Source: a virus (Duplodnaviria; Caudoviricetes). From it: a stretch of DNA of 64,000 bases. Shown one piece after another: positions 1 to 8,726 of this stretch. Each line of letters starts with the position of its first letter. Positions within the stretch are counted from its first letter, which is position 1. The stretch is from IMG/VR virus record IMGVR_UViG_2739368068_000001, positions 19,116 through 83,115 of that record, one strand, 5' to 3'. A program made the translations under genes and the position numbers. The notes under the pieces were generated by a model. That model was not told the origin of the DNA, searched no databases, and saw only the letters and a list, made by a program, of their open reading frames with translations.

Positions 1-326
1 GCGACGCCGGGGCGGGGCGGGGCGGGGCGCTCGACCACCGGGGCGACCGGGGCGGCCGGGGCGGGGCGCTCGACCGGGGCGGCCGGGGCGGGGCGCTCGA
101 CCGGGGCGGCCGGGGCGGGGCGCTCGACCGGTGCGACCGGGGCGGGGCGGCGAGTCCGGGGAAGCCACTGCCGGAGAAACAGCCGCCCCGGGGCGGGGCG
201 CTCGACCGGGGCGGGGCGCTCGACCGGGGCGCGCTCGACCGGGGCGGGGCGCTCGGCCACCGGGGCGGCCGGGCGAAGCGGCGACACGGCCGGCTCGCGA
301 CGCGCGGGCGGGGCGAGGTTATCCAC
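1..326 (-). CDS. Pro/Ala-rich repeat protein (PVERPAP repeats), runs off the left end
   Basis: GTG at 326 after AGGAG RBS, downstream of the promoter at 381-428; reads MDNLAPPARREPAVSPLRPAAPVAERPAPVER... Confidence 0.55.
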   Translation of the reverse strand, partial: MDNLAPPARREPAVSPLRPAAPVAERPAPVERAPVERPAPVERPAPGRLFLRQWLPRTRRPAPVAPVERPAPAAPVERPAPAAPVERPAPAAPVAPVVERPAPPRPGV

Positions 327-380
327 GGTGCTTCTCTCCTTCTGGACGTCCAGGGCGCCAGCACGCCCGGGAGTGAGTAC

Positions 381-428
381 ACGCTACACCGCTGACAATC
401 TTTGGGCTACATGTTGTGTACCAGGCGG
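381..428 (-). promoter_or_regulatory. Operator-promoter (leftward)
   Basis: ATCTTTGGGCTACA-TGT-TGTG at 398; minus strand TAGCCC-17-TAGCGT. Confidence 0.7.
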
Positions 429-540
429 GCCGGGGCGGCGAGCGTGAATGGCCTTTCGGCGTGCCGAGCGAGTCACCCGGTACGGGCCCGACGGGCCGGA
501 TGGCGACCCCGCGCGCCGCCTACTGAGCGTGAGATCGGTC

Positions 541-644
541 GTTGTTGTCGTCGTTGTTGTTGTCGCGGTAGATGGGGTGCCGAATCGCCTTATGCAGGTT
601 GGATAGGGCCCGTAGGGAGTGGCAACAACAACGACAACAACAAC
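541..644. repeat. 24-bp inverted repeat built of GTT/AAC triplets, 56-bp spacer
   Basis: GTTGTTGTCGTCGTTGTTGTTGTC (541-564) vs GGCAACAACAACGACAACAACAAC (621-644), 22/24 complementary. Confidence 0.85.
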
Positions 645-737
645 CAGTTACGTGACTGTCAGTGTTGTTCGTCTGGCGCCCGGACAGCACTCCGCCCCCC
701 GACCATCGGCCGGGGGGCGAAAGTTCGGGGCGGTGAG

Positions 738-2213
738 CTACCGGCGGGCCGCCGCGTGCCCGTCGCGGTCGTCCTGCTCGGCCAGGCAGCGCGGGCAGGT
801 CACGACGGCACGGTCACTCTCTACCGGCCCGGACGGGACGTGCACCGGCAGTCCGCATGCGGTCACGCCCTCGCCGGGGTGGCGCGCGTAGTGCGTCGGC
901 TCGCCGCAGTCCGTGTCGGCGCCGTCGCCCTCGATCTGCCGCACGACATCGGCGAACGTCGCGTAACCCCGCTCCGGCACGATCGGGCCGCCGTGGCGGC
1001 GGGTGCCGCGCCAGCCGTAGCCGTCGCACTCGGCGGCCAAGCCGAGGTAGTCGCCGGCGTCGTTGTAGACGCGGATCGTCGCTGCGGCGCTGCGGCGGCT
1101 GTGGCTGAGGCGGTACCGGGTGCAGTTGTCGTCAATGCTCAGGCCCATGGCGCGGGCCAGGATGCGGCCGGCGATCGCGCCGGTCGGGTCGGACGTGGCG
1201 GAGACCTGCGACCAGGTGGGCGCGATGGTGATCGAGTGGCGCCGCTCCCAGCCGCAGCCGCTCCGCTGCTCCGCCTCCCAGGTGTACCGGCTGGCTTCGA
1301 CGTAGATCTCCCCGTCGGACCGGACGGTGATCGAGAAGGCGTAGCGGTTGCCGTTGATCGTCCGAGTCCATGACCGGGTCTGCGCGTGGCCGCGAAGCTT
1401 GAGCCAGGATCCGCCGGCAACGGTGCCCCGGGGCCCGACGGTGAACCGGACGGCCTGTGCCTGCTGGTCGGGGTGGGCCGGGGCGGCCTGCTCGACGAGC
1501 GGGGCGACCGGGGCGGGACGGTTGCGGGGACGCTGCGGGCATGCCTGGCAGAACACGCCGTAGATCGAGCGCTCGACCTTCGCCGCCGTGAGCTGAGGAC
1601 TGCCGCCCAGCGGAATCGATCGACGGCACGCCGCGTGCGGGGCGTCGGCCGGACCGGCAACCAGGTGGTACGTCAGGCTGTACGTCCCCGCCTTGCGGGC
1701 GTACATCGCCGGCGCCTGCTCGACCGGGGCGGCCTGCTCGACCGGGGCGGCCTGCTCGACCGGGGCGGCCTGCTCGACCGGGGCGGCCTGCTCGACCGGG
1801 GCGGCCTGCTCGACCGGGGCGGCCTGCTCGACCGGGGCGGCCTGCTCGACCGGGGCGGCCTGCTCGACCGGGGCGGCCTGCTCGACCGGGGCGGCCGGGG
1901 CCGGCGCCTGGCCGTCAATCTCGGCCAGCGCGGAACGACCCTCGTTGGTGATTCGCACTCGCTGGAAGCAGGGCTCCGTCCCACGCCGCCCGGCCAGAGG
2001 TCGCGCGCACGTCACAGGCTGCCCGTATTCAGCGGTTGCGCACGGCTCACACCGCGCGACCCTTTCCAGCATTCCGGACCGCACGAGCGCGTCTGCGCTG
2101 TGCGGGTGGAAGCCGCCGCCCTGGCCCGCGTGGCCGTTCGCCTCGCCGCCCTTGGCGACTACGAATCGGAGCGTGTTGACCTGTGCGGGGGACAGCTTGC
2201 GGCTGCTCGGCAT
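738..2213 (-). CDS. Mosaic early protein with (PVEQAA)10 repeat and Cys/His Zn-finger-like motifs
   Basis: 491-aa ORF directly downstream of promoter 2249-2296; motifs HAAC..CQAC and TACG..TCPRC. Confidence 0.75.
   Translation of the reverse strand: MPSSRKLSPAQVNTLRFVVAKGGEANGHAGQGGGFHPHSADALVRSGMLERVARCEPCATAEYGQPVTCARPLAGRRGTEPCFQRVRITNEGRSALAEIDGQAPAPAAPVEQAAPVEQAAPVEQAAPVEQAAPVEQAAPVEQAAPVEQAAPVEQAAPVEQAAPVEQAPAMYARKAGTYSLTYHLVAGPADAPHAACRRSIPLGGSPQLTAAKVERSIYGVFCQACPQRPRNRPAPVAPLVEQAAPAHPDQQAQAVRFTVGPRGTVAGGSWLKLRGHAQTRSWTRTINGNRYAFSITVRSDGEIYVEASRYTWEAEQRSGCGWERRHSITIAPTWSQVSATSDPTGAIAGRILARAMGLSIDDNCTRYRLSHSRRSAAATIRVYNDAGDYLGLAAECDGYGWRGTRRHGGPIVPERGYATFADVVRQIEGDGADTDCGEPTHYARHPGEGVTACGLPVHVPSGPVESDRAVVTCPRCLAEQDDRDGHAAARR
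1717..1896. repeat. Ten perfect tandem copies of 18-bp TGCTCGACCGGGGCGGCC
   Basis: Counted directly; encodes PVEQAA in the minus-strand ORF. Confidence 0.95.
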
Positions 2214-2248
2214 CGGTGCCTCCTGTGTCGTCGTTCCGTGGTGTCATC

Positions 2249-2296
2249 AGACTAGACCGATCACAATCTTTGGTCAACATGATGTTGCGCAAAGAT
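2249..2296 (-). promoter_or_regulatory. Operator-promoter (leftward)
   Basis: ATCTTTGGTCAACA-TGA-TGTTGCGCAAAGAT at 2266-2296; minus strand TTGACC-17-TAGTCT. Confidence 0.85.
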
Positions 2297-2349
2297 TCGG
2301 GGCGGGTGGAAACCCGCAGGTCCCCACCCGCCCCCCCGGGGCGAACGAT

Positions 2350-2976
2350 CTATCGGCGCCGGCGGAGCCGCTGCCGGTCCGCGTGCGCGGCCACCATCAC
2401 CGCGACCAGCACGACGACACCGGCGGCGAGCAGCGACAGCAGCGACCACTGTTGAGCCCGCGCGAGTTCGCCGGACAGCATCACGGCCGGGACGATCGCC
2501 AACGCGGCGGCGATGAACCGCCGCCGTAGCCGCCGGTCCAGGTCGCGCGGGTCGATCGGTTCCGGGACGATCGTCGGCAGGCTCTCCGGCAGCGGCCCGT
2601 ACCGGTTGACCCACCACCCGGTAAGCAGCGCGAAGTCACGCGGGTCCAGCAGGTCGACCACCAGAACCGCGAAGCCGATATCGGTAGCCGACGCAGGCAG
2701 AAGGCGCCGCACCGACCGACCCGGCCCGTCGACGCCGACCACCTGATCGTCTCCGTTGCCTCGCTCCAGTACCCGGCCCGTGCCGTAGGCGAGCGCCATT
2801 GCGTACGCGGCGACTCGCCGGTACCGGCCGGACTGTGCCCGTAGGTAGCCGGTGCGCATGACGTCGCGCTGCACCTCGTCGAGCGCGGCGGCCTGGTCGA
2901 CCAGCTCGATATAGGCGGCGAGGATCGCGGCCGGTGCCGGCGCTGGCCGGTGCTCGTCGATCCGGCGGTTACGCAT
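2350..2976 (-). CDS. Hypothetical membrane protein
   Basis: 208 aa with two hydrophobic C-terminal segments; coupled to the upstream ORF. Confidence 0.65.
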   Translation of the reverse strand: MRNRRIDEHRPAPAPAAILAAYIELVDQAAALDEVQRDVMRTGYLRAQSGRYRRVAAYAMALAYGTGRVLERGNGDDQVVGVDGPGRSVRRLLPASATDIGFAVLVVDLLDPRDFALLTGWWVNRYGPLPESLPTIVPEPIDPRDLDRRLRRRFIAAALAIVPAVMLSGELARAQQWSLLSLLAAGVVVLVAVMVAAHADRQRLRRRR

Positions 2977-3232
2977 CGCGCGGCCCCCGCCGGGCGGTGC
3001 TGCACAACGCGGCGGCGAGCGCGACCGCAGCGGCGGCCACCGTGGCGATGATCGCGGCGAGCTGGACCGTGCCGACGGTGCGGAACACGACGGCCAGGCC
3101 GACCGGGACGGGCGCGACGGCGGCGGCGGCGGATCGGAGCAAGGTCTGTCGCCAGCGGTCGGCGGGCGGGGCGGCGACCGCTACGGCGGAGGGGCGCCGG
3201 ACGAGCGTGCCCGGCGGGTTGACGGACGGCAT
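2969..3232 (-). CDS. Small membrane protein
   Basis: 87 aa, Ala/Val-rich hydrophobic stretches; downstream of promoter 3290-3337. Confidence 0.6.
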   Translation of the reverse strand: MPSVNPPGTLVRRPSAVAVAAPPADRWRQTLLRSAAAAVAPVPVGLAVVFRTVGTVQLAAIIATVAAAAVALAAALCSTARRGPRDA

Positions 3233-3289
3233 AGGGGGTGTCCCTTCTGGTATCGCCCGGGTGCCAGCACACCCGGGCAGGTTGGAACC

Positions 3290-3337
3290 AGAGTAGACAC
3301 CATGCCGTAATTGGTCTACATGTTGTTCACTTATCTA
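3290..3337 (-). promoter_or_regulatory. Operator-promoter, degenerate (leftward)
   Basis: GTAATTGGTCTACA-TGT-TGTTCAC at 3307; minus strand TAGACC-17-TACTCT. Confidence 0.6.
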
Positions 3338-4206
3338 TGTGCGGTGTTCGGTTCGGTCAGGTCGGCGGCGGTGGCCGGATCGGCGGCGTCGGCGATGCCG
3401 GTCAACCAGGGCAGCACCACCGGTGCCCGGATGGTGTGTTCGGCGCCGGCGGCGCGTAGCCGGTAGGCGCGGGCCCGGGCCGCTTCGGTCGCGTCGAGCG
3501 GGGCGAGCAGCTCGACTAGACCTCGCTCGTGTGCCAGGGCGACAGCGCGAACCCGAGTGATGCCGGCGGGCTCGGGTGGGGCGTGTGCCGGCGGGGCGAC
3601 CGGGGCGCCTTCCCGGTCGACGGCGGGCACGCTGCGGACGTCCCAGCGACGGCCGAGCCCGGCCATCATCTGATCTGCCATCTTGAGCGATAGCGAGCCA
3701 GCCCGGCCGAACCGGAGCGCCGCGGCGATCGCGCCACGGGTGCGGCCGGTTCGTTCGGCGAGCTTGACGACGCCGATCCCGGCCTGCTCCATGGCGTACC
3801 GAATCTGCATCCGGCATTGATCCTCCAGCGACGGTGTAACCAGGACTGACCGGATGTCGGCGAGCTGGTCGGCGTCGCCGGCCGGCCGGGGTTGCTCGGC
3901 GAGCTGGCGGCCGATGGTGTAGCCGTCGTGCCATGCCTGCATCCCGTCGAGTGGGTACACGCGGCGGTGGCGGGTGGTCTCGACGACGTACCCGGATCCG
4001 TCGCCGGCCTGCCCGTGGTACCGGTAGGCGCCGGCGTTGTCGTCGGCGGTCAGTGCCCGCACAAGCCGAGTTGCCGGCGGCTCGGCGGTGCCTGTCATCT
4101 GGCCACCGATGGGGTTGGCGGGGCGGTGGTGGACCGTTCGGGCGTGGGAAGCGCCGACTTGATCACGGATTGCACCCTCTCTAGCTGTCGTTCGTGGCTC
4201 GCTCAC
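3331..4206 (-). CDS. Protein with central XRE-like helix-turn-helix
   Basis: QIRYAMEQAGIGVVKLAERTGRTRGAIAAAL...LSLKMADQMMAGLG resembles an HTH_XRE domain. Confidence 0.65.
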   Translation of the reverse strand: MSEPRTTAREGAIRDQVGASHARTVHHRPANPIGGQMTGTAEPPATRLVRALTADDNAGAYRYHGQAGDGSGYVVETTRHRRVYPLDGMQAWHDGYTIGRQLAEQPRPAGDADQLADIRSVLVTPSLEDQCRMQIRYAMEQAGIGVVKLAERTGRTRGAIAAALRFGRAGSLSLKMADQMMAGLGRRWDVRSVPAVDREGAPVAPPAHAPPEPAGITRVRAVALAHERGLVELLAPLDATEAARARAYRLRAAGAEHTIRAPVVLPWLTGIADAADPATAADLTEPNTAHR

Positions 4207-4396
4207 ATTACGGCCCTGCCCTGGTCAGGACATGAATGGTGCGCCGAAACGTCGCCTACCAGCGGTAAACGATGGTCTGCGGCTTCGTGACGCGCGGTGA
4301 CTGTCGGCGGGGTGGGTGGACCGGGCGTGGCCTGGTCAAGGACGATGCGCGCAGGAAATCTGTTCACCCCCGCGCAGGTACGAAAGGACGTAGCTA

Positions 4397-5053
4397 ATGA
4401 AATTGACCATTGGCGGCCTAAAGGGTGGTATCGGTAAAACCACCTCTGCCGCCTTCATCGCCTCGGTGCTGGCCGAGGATGGGCCGACGCTCGCGATCGA
4501 CGCCGACCCGCAGTCACAATCGCTGTGGGACTGGTACAACCTCGCGACCAACGCCGGCGAGGAGATCGCGTGGCAGTGTCAGCCGTGGTCGACGAACGAC
4601 CTTGCCGACCGGGTCCGCGCCGTCGAGTCGCAATATCGACACATTGTGATCGATGTCGGCGGTGAGACGGCAAGGATGTTCCGGACGGCACTCACGGTCG
4701 CAAACGAGTTGATCATCCCGTCCAGGCCAAACAGGATCGAGATTCGGCGTCTGCCGGGCACCTTGGACGCGGCGGCCGAGGTGCAGCAGTTGACGCAGCG
4801 GCCGGTGTATCCCCGGGTCATGCTCGTGTCCGTCAACTCGGCCGCATCGGACGAGGCGGAGGTACGAAAGGCGTTCGACCAGGGGATTCCGAACGATAAC
4901 GGCGACCTGGTGCAGATTCCTTGCATGAAGGCTCACATCCGTCAGGGTGTGCTGTACTCCCGCGCGTTCGGTCATGATCCACGGCCGGAGTTCGGGGATT
5001 ACGTTGCTGCGGTCGCGGAGATCCGAGCGGACGTCGAGGAAGCGGCGGCATGA
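4397..5053 (+). CDS. parA: ParA family partition ATPase (short, type Ib-like)
   Basis: Deviant Walker [23 protein letters not shown] Walker B, LIIPSRP. Confidence 0.93.
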   Translation: MKLTIGGLKGGIGKTTSAAFIASVLAEDGPTLAIDADPQSQSLWDWYNLATNAGEEIAWQCQPWSTNDLADRVRAVESQYRHIVIDVGGETARMFRTALTVANELIIPSRPNRIEIRRLPGTLDAAAEVQQLTQRPVYPRVMLVSVNSAASDEAEVRKAFDQGIPNDNGDLVQIPCMKAHIRQGVLYSRAFGHDPRPEFGDYVAAVAEIRADVEEAAA

Positions 5054-5937
5054 GCACTGGGAAGGCGTCGAGGTCGAAGCCGAGGCGGGCCAGCGCGGCG
5101 GACTTCACGTTTCGACAGTCAACACCGGTCTACCGCGACACTCCCCCGGGCCCCGTCGCAGACCCGGCCGCAGACCCGGGCACGGACGCCGGCACCGGCA
5201 CGGACGCCGGCACCGGCACGGACGCCGGCACCGGCACGGACGCCGGCACCGGCACGGGCACCGGCACCGGCCCGGGCACGGACGCCGGCACCGGCACCGG
5301 CACGGGCACGGACGCCGGCACCGGCACGGGCACTGGCACGGACGCCGGCACCGGCACGGGCACTGGCCCGGGCACGGGCACTGGCACGGGCACCGGCACC
5401 GGCCCGGGCACGGACGCCGGCACCGGCACGGACGCCGGCACCGGCACGGGCACTGGCACGGACGCCGGCACCGGCACGGGCACGGGCACTGGCACTGGCA
5501 CGGGCACCGGCACCGGCCCGGGCACGGACGCCGGCACCGGCACCGGCACGGGCACTGGCACGGACGCCGGCACCGGCACGGGCACAGGCACGGGCACGGG
5601 CACGGGCACGGGCACGGACGCCGGCACCGGCACGGGCACAGGCACGGGCGCGCGCCCGGGCGCGCGCGCGTATACGCGCCCGAGCCGGCGCGCGCAACGC
5701 GGCGCGCAGCCCGGCGACGGCCCGGACCCGGACGTGATCGCGGCTGCCAACCGCGACGTCGACCTAGCCGCACGCGGGTACGCCGCGATCGCCGGGAAGG
5801 TCGCAGAGCGACTCGGCGAGCTGGCCGCCGCCGTGTCGGCAGCGCGAAAAGTCGGCGTTGACGGACGGCAGCTCCACGCCGCGCTGATCATCGCGGGTGT
5901 CGACGACGCGACGATCACGGAGGTGCTCGCCGAGTAG
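5050..5937 (+). CDS. Putative ParA partner / centromere-binding protein with long Gly-Thr repeat linker
   Basis: ATGA overlap with the parA stop; basic N-terminus, (GT/DAGT)n linker, helical C-terminus. Confidence 0.65.
   Translation: MSTGKASRSKPRRASAADFTFRQSTPVYRDTPPGPVADPAADPGTDAGTGTDAGTGTDAGTGTDAGTGTGTGTGPGTDAGTGTGTGTDAGTGTGTGTDAGTGTGTGPGTGTGTGTGTGPGTDAGTGTDAGTGTGTGTDAGTGTGTGTGTGTGTGTGPGTDAGTGTGTGTGTDAGTGTGTGTGTGTGTGTDAGTGTGTGTGARPGARAYTRPSRRAQRGAQPGDGPDPDVIAAANRDVDLAARGYAAIAGKVAERLGELAAAVSAARKVGVDGRQLHAALIIAGVDDATITEVLAE
5178..5648. repeat. ~470-bp imperfect tandem repeat of GGCACC/GGCACG and GACGCC hexamers
   Basis: Seen directly; encodes [10 protein letters not shown]... Confidence 0.9.
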
Positions 5938-5958
5938 CCCGGCCCCGACCAACAGCAC

Positions 5959-6000
5959 GGCCCGGCTTCCCGTCGCTTGTGGCGAGTGGGAAGCCGGGCC
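5959..6000. terminator. Hairpin between convergent genes
   Basis: 13-bp perfect stem GGCCCGGCTTCCC / GGGAAGCCGGGCC. Confidence 0.7.
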
Positions 6001-6067
6001 GGGTGCTGTCTGCGCGGGGTGGGCGCGGCCGACGAAAGGAACGACCGTCAAACCCTACCATCGACCG

Positions 6068-6562
6068 TCATTGGTCAACATGCATGGCCCGCCGAAGCGC
6101 GGGCTGCCAGCGGGCGACGGCCTCCGACATGCAGCCGGGGCACAGCGGCGACCCGCCGGGGCCGAAGCGGTCCGGGTGGTAGCTCCAGCACTTCGCGCAC
6201 CGGCCGGCCTGTGTGTCCTGCCGGATCGGTGGCAGTTCGGCCCGGGGGTCGGCCCGGGCCTTGACGTCGACGTACAGGCCGGGGTTGGGGCAGGTCGTCC
6301 AGTGGACGTCGTACCGGGGCCGGTCGGCCCGGTCGCGGCCGGGCACGTACGCCCGGGCCGACCAGGTGCCGTCACGCGGGGCGCGGTCGAGCACCACCAG
6401 CCCGTCGGGGTTCCGGGCGGCGTTGACCGGGATCCGGACACCGGCGTACGACGGCACCCACCGGATCCCACCCTGGCAGCCGTACGCGTTGCAGCCCTGC
6501 ACCAGGTAGAGCGGTTCGGCGCCGACCGTGCCGGGCGGCCGGGGTACCGGGGCGGCGGTCAT
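6068..6562 (-). CDS. Cys-rich hypothetical protein (Zn-finger-like)
   Basis: CNAYGC, HWTTC, CAKC and CPGC motifs; coupled to the initiator stop. Confidence 0.65.
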   Translation of the reverse strand: MTAAPVPRPPGTVGAEPLYLVQGCNAYGCQGGIRWVPSYAGVRIPVNAARNPDGLVVLDRAPRDGTWSARAYVPGRDRADRPRYDVHWTTCPNPGLYVDVKARADPRAELPPIRQDTQAGRCAKCWSYHPDRFGPGGSPLCPGCMSEAVARWQPALRRAMHVDQ

Positions 6563-7950
6563 GACGCGGAAGCCAGGTCAGCGCCGGCCAGCTCTGCCGG
6601 CGGGGGTACGGCCGGCGCCGGGTGGGCGAGTTCGGCGACGGCCTGATTCAGCGCGGCGAGTCCCCGACGGCCGGGCTTGACGTCGCGTCGGTTGCGGCTC
6701 GCCGCTGCCCGGGCGACGGCGCGGGCGACGGCTTGCGGGTCAACGGCCCGGCCGGGAGCTTCCGGGGCGTCGGCGACGTCGGCCACGTCGGCCACGTCGG
6801 CCGCGTCGGCGGCGTCGAGCGGCGTCGCGAGTCGGGCGGCTTCGCCGTCGTCGACGGGCCGGCCGGGGACGTACGGCGGCGGGGCCGGCGGGCGAGGGCG
6901 CGGCGGCGGCGGCGGAGCGCCGAGATTGGTGATCCGATGCCGGAGGGTGCCGTACACCGTGTCGACGTCCTCCATGGATGGCGACAGCGCGTCGACCAGG
7001 TGCGCGCGGTGCCATCCGGCGTCGAGGCGTTCGACGACCAGGGCGACGAGCCGCTGTCGCAGCTTGCCGCCGACGCGTCGGGCCGGCCGAACGTGGGCGG
7101 CGGCCTGGACCTCGTCCAGGACCCGCCCCGCGATCGCCTCGGATGATTCGCCGGCCGAGTCGTCGAGGAGATCAGCGGAGTGGCTCCGTTGACCGGCCTC
7201 AGGCGTCGCTGGAGCGCCCGGCGGGGGTTCTTGAGGGGTTCCGGATGGGTCCGAGAATTCTCCCCCTCCTCCGTCCACCGTGCCGGGGTTGTCGGGTGAC
7301 TGCCGGTCGGGCCCTGGGTGGTGGTGTTTCTGATCTTCTGGTTCTTCTAAAAGCTGGTTCTTCTCTTCCTTATATAGGAGCCCTGAATCACCAAGCCCTG
7401 GTTCACCAAGCCCTGAATCACCATGCCCTGAGTGACCGGGCCCTGAAAATCCGGGCGTGGTCTGACCTGCGGTTTTCCTGGAACCTCGTCCATGCCCTGA
7501 AAATCCGGGCGTGGTCTGACCTGCGGTTTTCTTGGCTTCGCGAGGTTTCTTCGGTTGCAGTCGGTCGCGTTCCTCCGGCGGCAGCGGGTCGTGGTAGAAC
7601 CCGATTTCGTAGAAGAGTTGACCGCCGATCGACCGGCCGTCGTCGTCGAAGGTGCCGGCCGGGTAGTGGCTCTGCTCCATGGTCATGAAACCGCGCTCGC
7701 GCAGCTCACGGCGAATCGCCTCGTGCTTGTCGCGGCCGACCTCGGACAGCCACCCCTCGATCTTGTCCAGGGTGGTATCCCATGCGTCCTTACACCCGAG
7801 ACCGGCACCGAGGATGAGCCGCGAGTATCCGCTCAGTCCCGCATAGACGCCCGTGCCTCGGTGCAGGTCTTGCGACAGGATCGTGTACCGGTCTTCGAGG
7901 TTGCGCCGGTGCACACGTACGCGGACGGAACTAGGGGTTTTCCTGCCCAT
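6559..7950 (-). CDS. Phage replication initiator protein
   Basis: N-terminal helical/wHTH-like region, low-complexity middle with internal DNA repeats, helical C-domain; lambda-O-like layout. Confidence 0.75.
   Translation of the reverse strand: MGRKTPSSVRVRVHRRNLEDRYTILSQDLHRGTGVYAGLSGYSRLILGAGLGCKDAWDTTLDKIEGWLSEVGRDKHEAIRRELRERGFMTMEQSHYPAGTFDDDGRSIGGQLFYEIGFYHDPLPPEERDRLQPKKPREAKKTAGQTTPGFSGHGRGSRKTAGQTTPGFSGPGHSGHGDSGLGEPGLGDSGLLYKEEKNQLLEEPEDQKHHHPGPDRQSPDNPGTVDGGGGEFSDPSGTPQEPPPGAPATPEAGQRSHSADLLDDSAGESSEAIAGRVLDEVQAAAHVRPARRVGGKLRQRLVALVVERLDAGWHRAHLVDALSPSMEDVDTVYGTLRHRITNLGAPPPPPRPRPPAPPPYVPGRPVDDGEAARLATPLDAADAADVADVADVADAPEAPGRAVDPQAVARAVARAAASRNRRDVKPGRRGLAALNQAVAELAHPAPAVPPPAELAGADLASAS
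7325..7531. repeat. Putative origin: AT-rich patch, five tandem 15-bp iterons and two 38-bp direct repeats
   Basis: GCCCTGnn(T)CACCnn units at 7380, 7395, 7410, 7425, 7440; GCCCTGAAAATCCGGGCGTGGTCTGACCTGCGGTTTTC at 7440 and 7494. Confidence 0.7.
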
Positions 7951-8149
7951 GATGTTGTTGCCTCGCTCGCTCGGTGCGTGGCGAGCGGGCCAGGCGGTAC
8001 ACTGACCGCAGGACCCGCGCGCATAAGTGTTTGCCTCACTCGTGGTGCTGGTTTCGACGCTGCCGGCTGGTTAGCCCCGTGACCGGTCGTCGATGGTGGT
8101 CCGTATCGGCCCGTCGCGCGGGAACGCGGCGGGCCGAGGTCTTTCCCGG

Positions 8150-8374
8150 CTAGGACGCGCGGGCGAGCTGGTCGGCGTCGGGGATCCCCTCGCGGCTCGC
8201 GGCCTCCAGGATCAGCGTTCGGAGCACCGCGGCATCGGATAGCCCACGACCACGGCGGTTGAGGTACGCCGTCCACAGGTCGTGCTCGTCAGGGCTGAGA
8301 GTCGTCTTGGCCTCGTGGATTCGGCGGGGGCGGGTTGACCGCCGCGAGCGCTTCGGCCGAGGTGCTGCGTCCAT
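8150..8374 (-). CDS. Small DNA-binding protein, ribbon-helix-helix/CopG-like
   Basis: 74 aa, EAKTTLSPDEHDLWTAYL...LSDAAVLRTLILEAA strand-helix-helix pattern; upstream of the initiator. Confidence 0.55.
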   Translation of the reverse strand: MDAAPRPKRSRRSTRPRRIHEAKTTLSPDEHDLWTAYLNRRGRGLSDAAVLRTLILEAASREGIPDADQLARAS

Positions 8375-8416
8375 GGGGGTGATCCCTCCCGGGATTGATC
8401 ACGTATAACTTGGCCC

Positions 8417-8445
8417 AACTTAGCCGTTCGGTGTCCTGCTGTCGA
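8417..8445 (-). promoter_or_regulatory. Operator-free sigmaA-type promoter for RHH-rep
   Basis: Minus strand TCGACA-17-TAAGTT. Confidence 0.5.
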
Positions 8446-8726
8446 TCTTCCCGGCGTCGTCGGCGTGTCGGCTGTGCCGGTATGCTCGACCGTGCCCCGT
8501 GCGATCGTGCCGACGCTCGCCGTGGCGTGTTGGTGTGCGCTTGCTCGTTGTGCCAGTTAGCGCCCTTTACGCGGCCGGTGGTTCCCAAACCTGACCCGGT
8601 CTGCGGCACGCCTGGTGAGATCCACAGTCGCCGGAACCGGGCCCGGCCGATCGATCTGATCGGCCGGGCCCGGTGCCTTTCCGGGGTGCCTACTCGCCGC
8701 CGGCGGCGGGGAGCTGGGCCGGCTGG

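Noticed and set aside
1717-1896. CRISPR array
   Set aside because: The 18-bp units abut with no spacers, lie in frame within a CDS, and no cas genes are present.
6067-6080. Additional operator half-site GTCATTGGTCAACA
   Set aside because: No second arm and no -10 at 17 bp (the nearest TAGGGT is at 15 bp); left out of the regulon.
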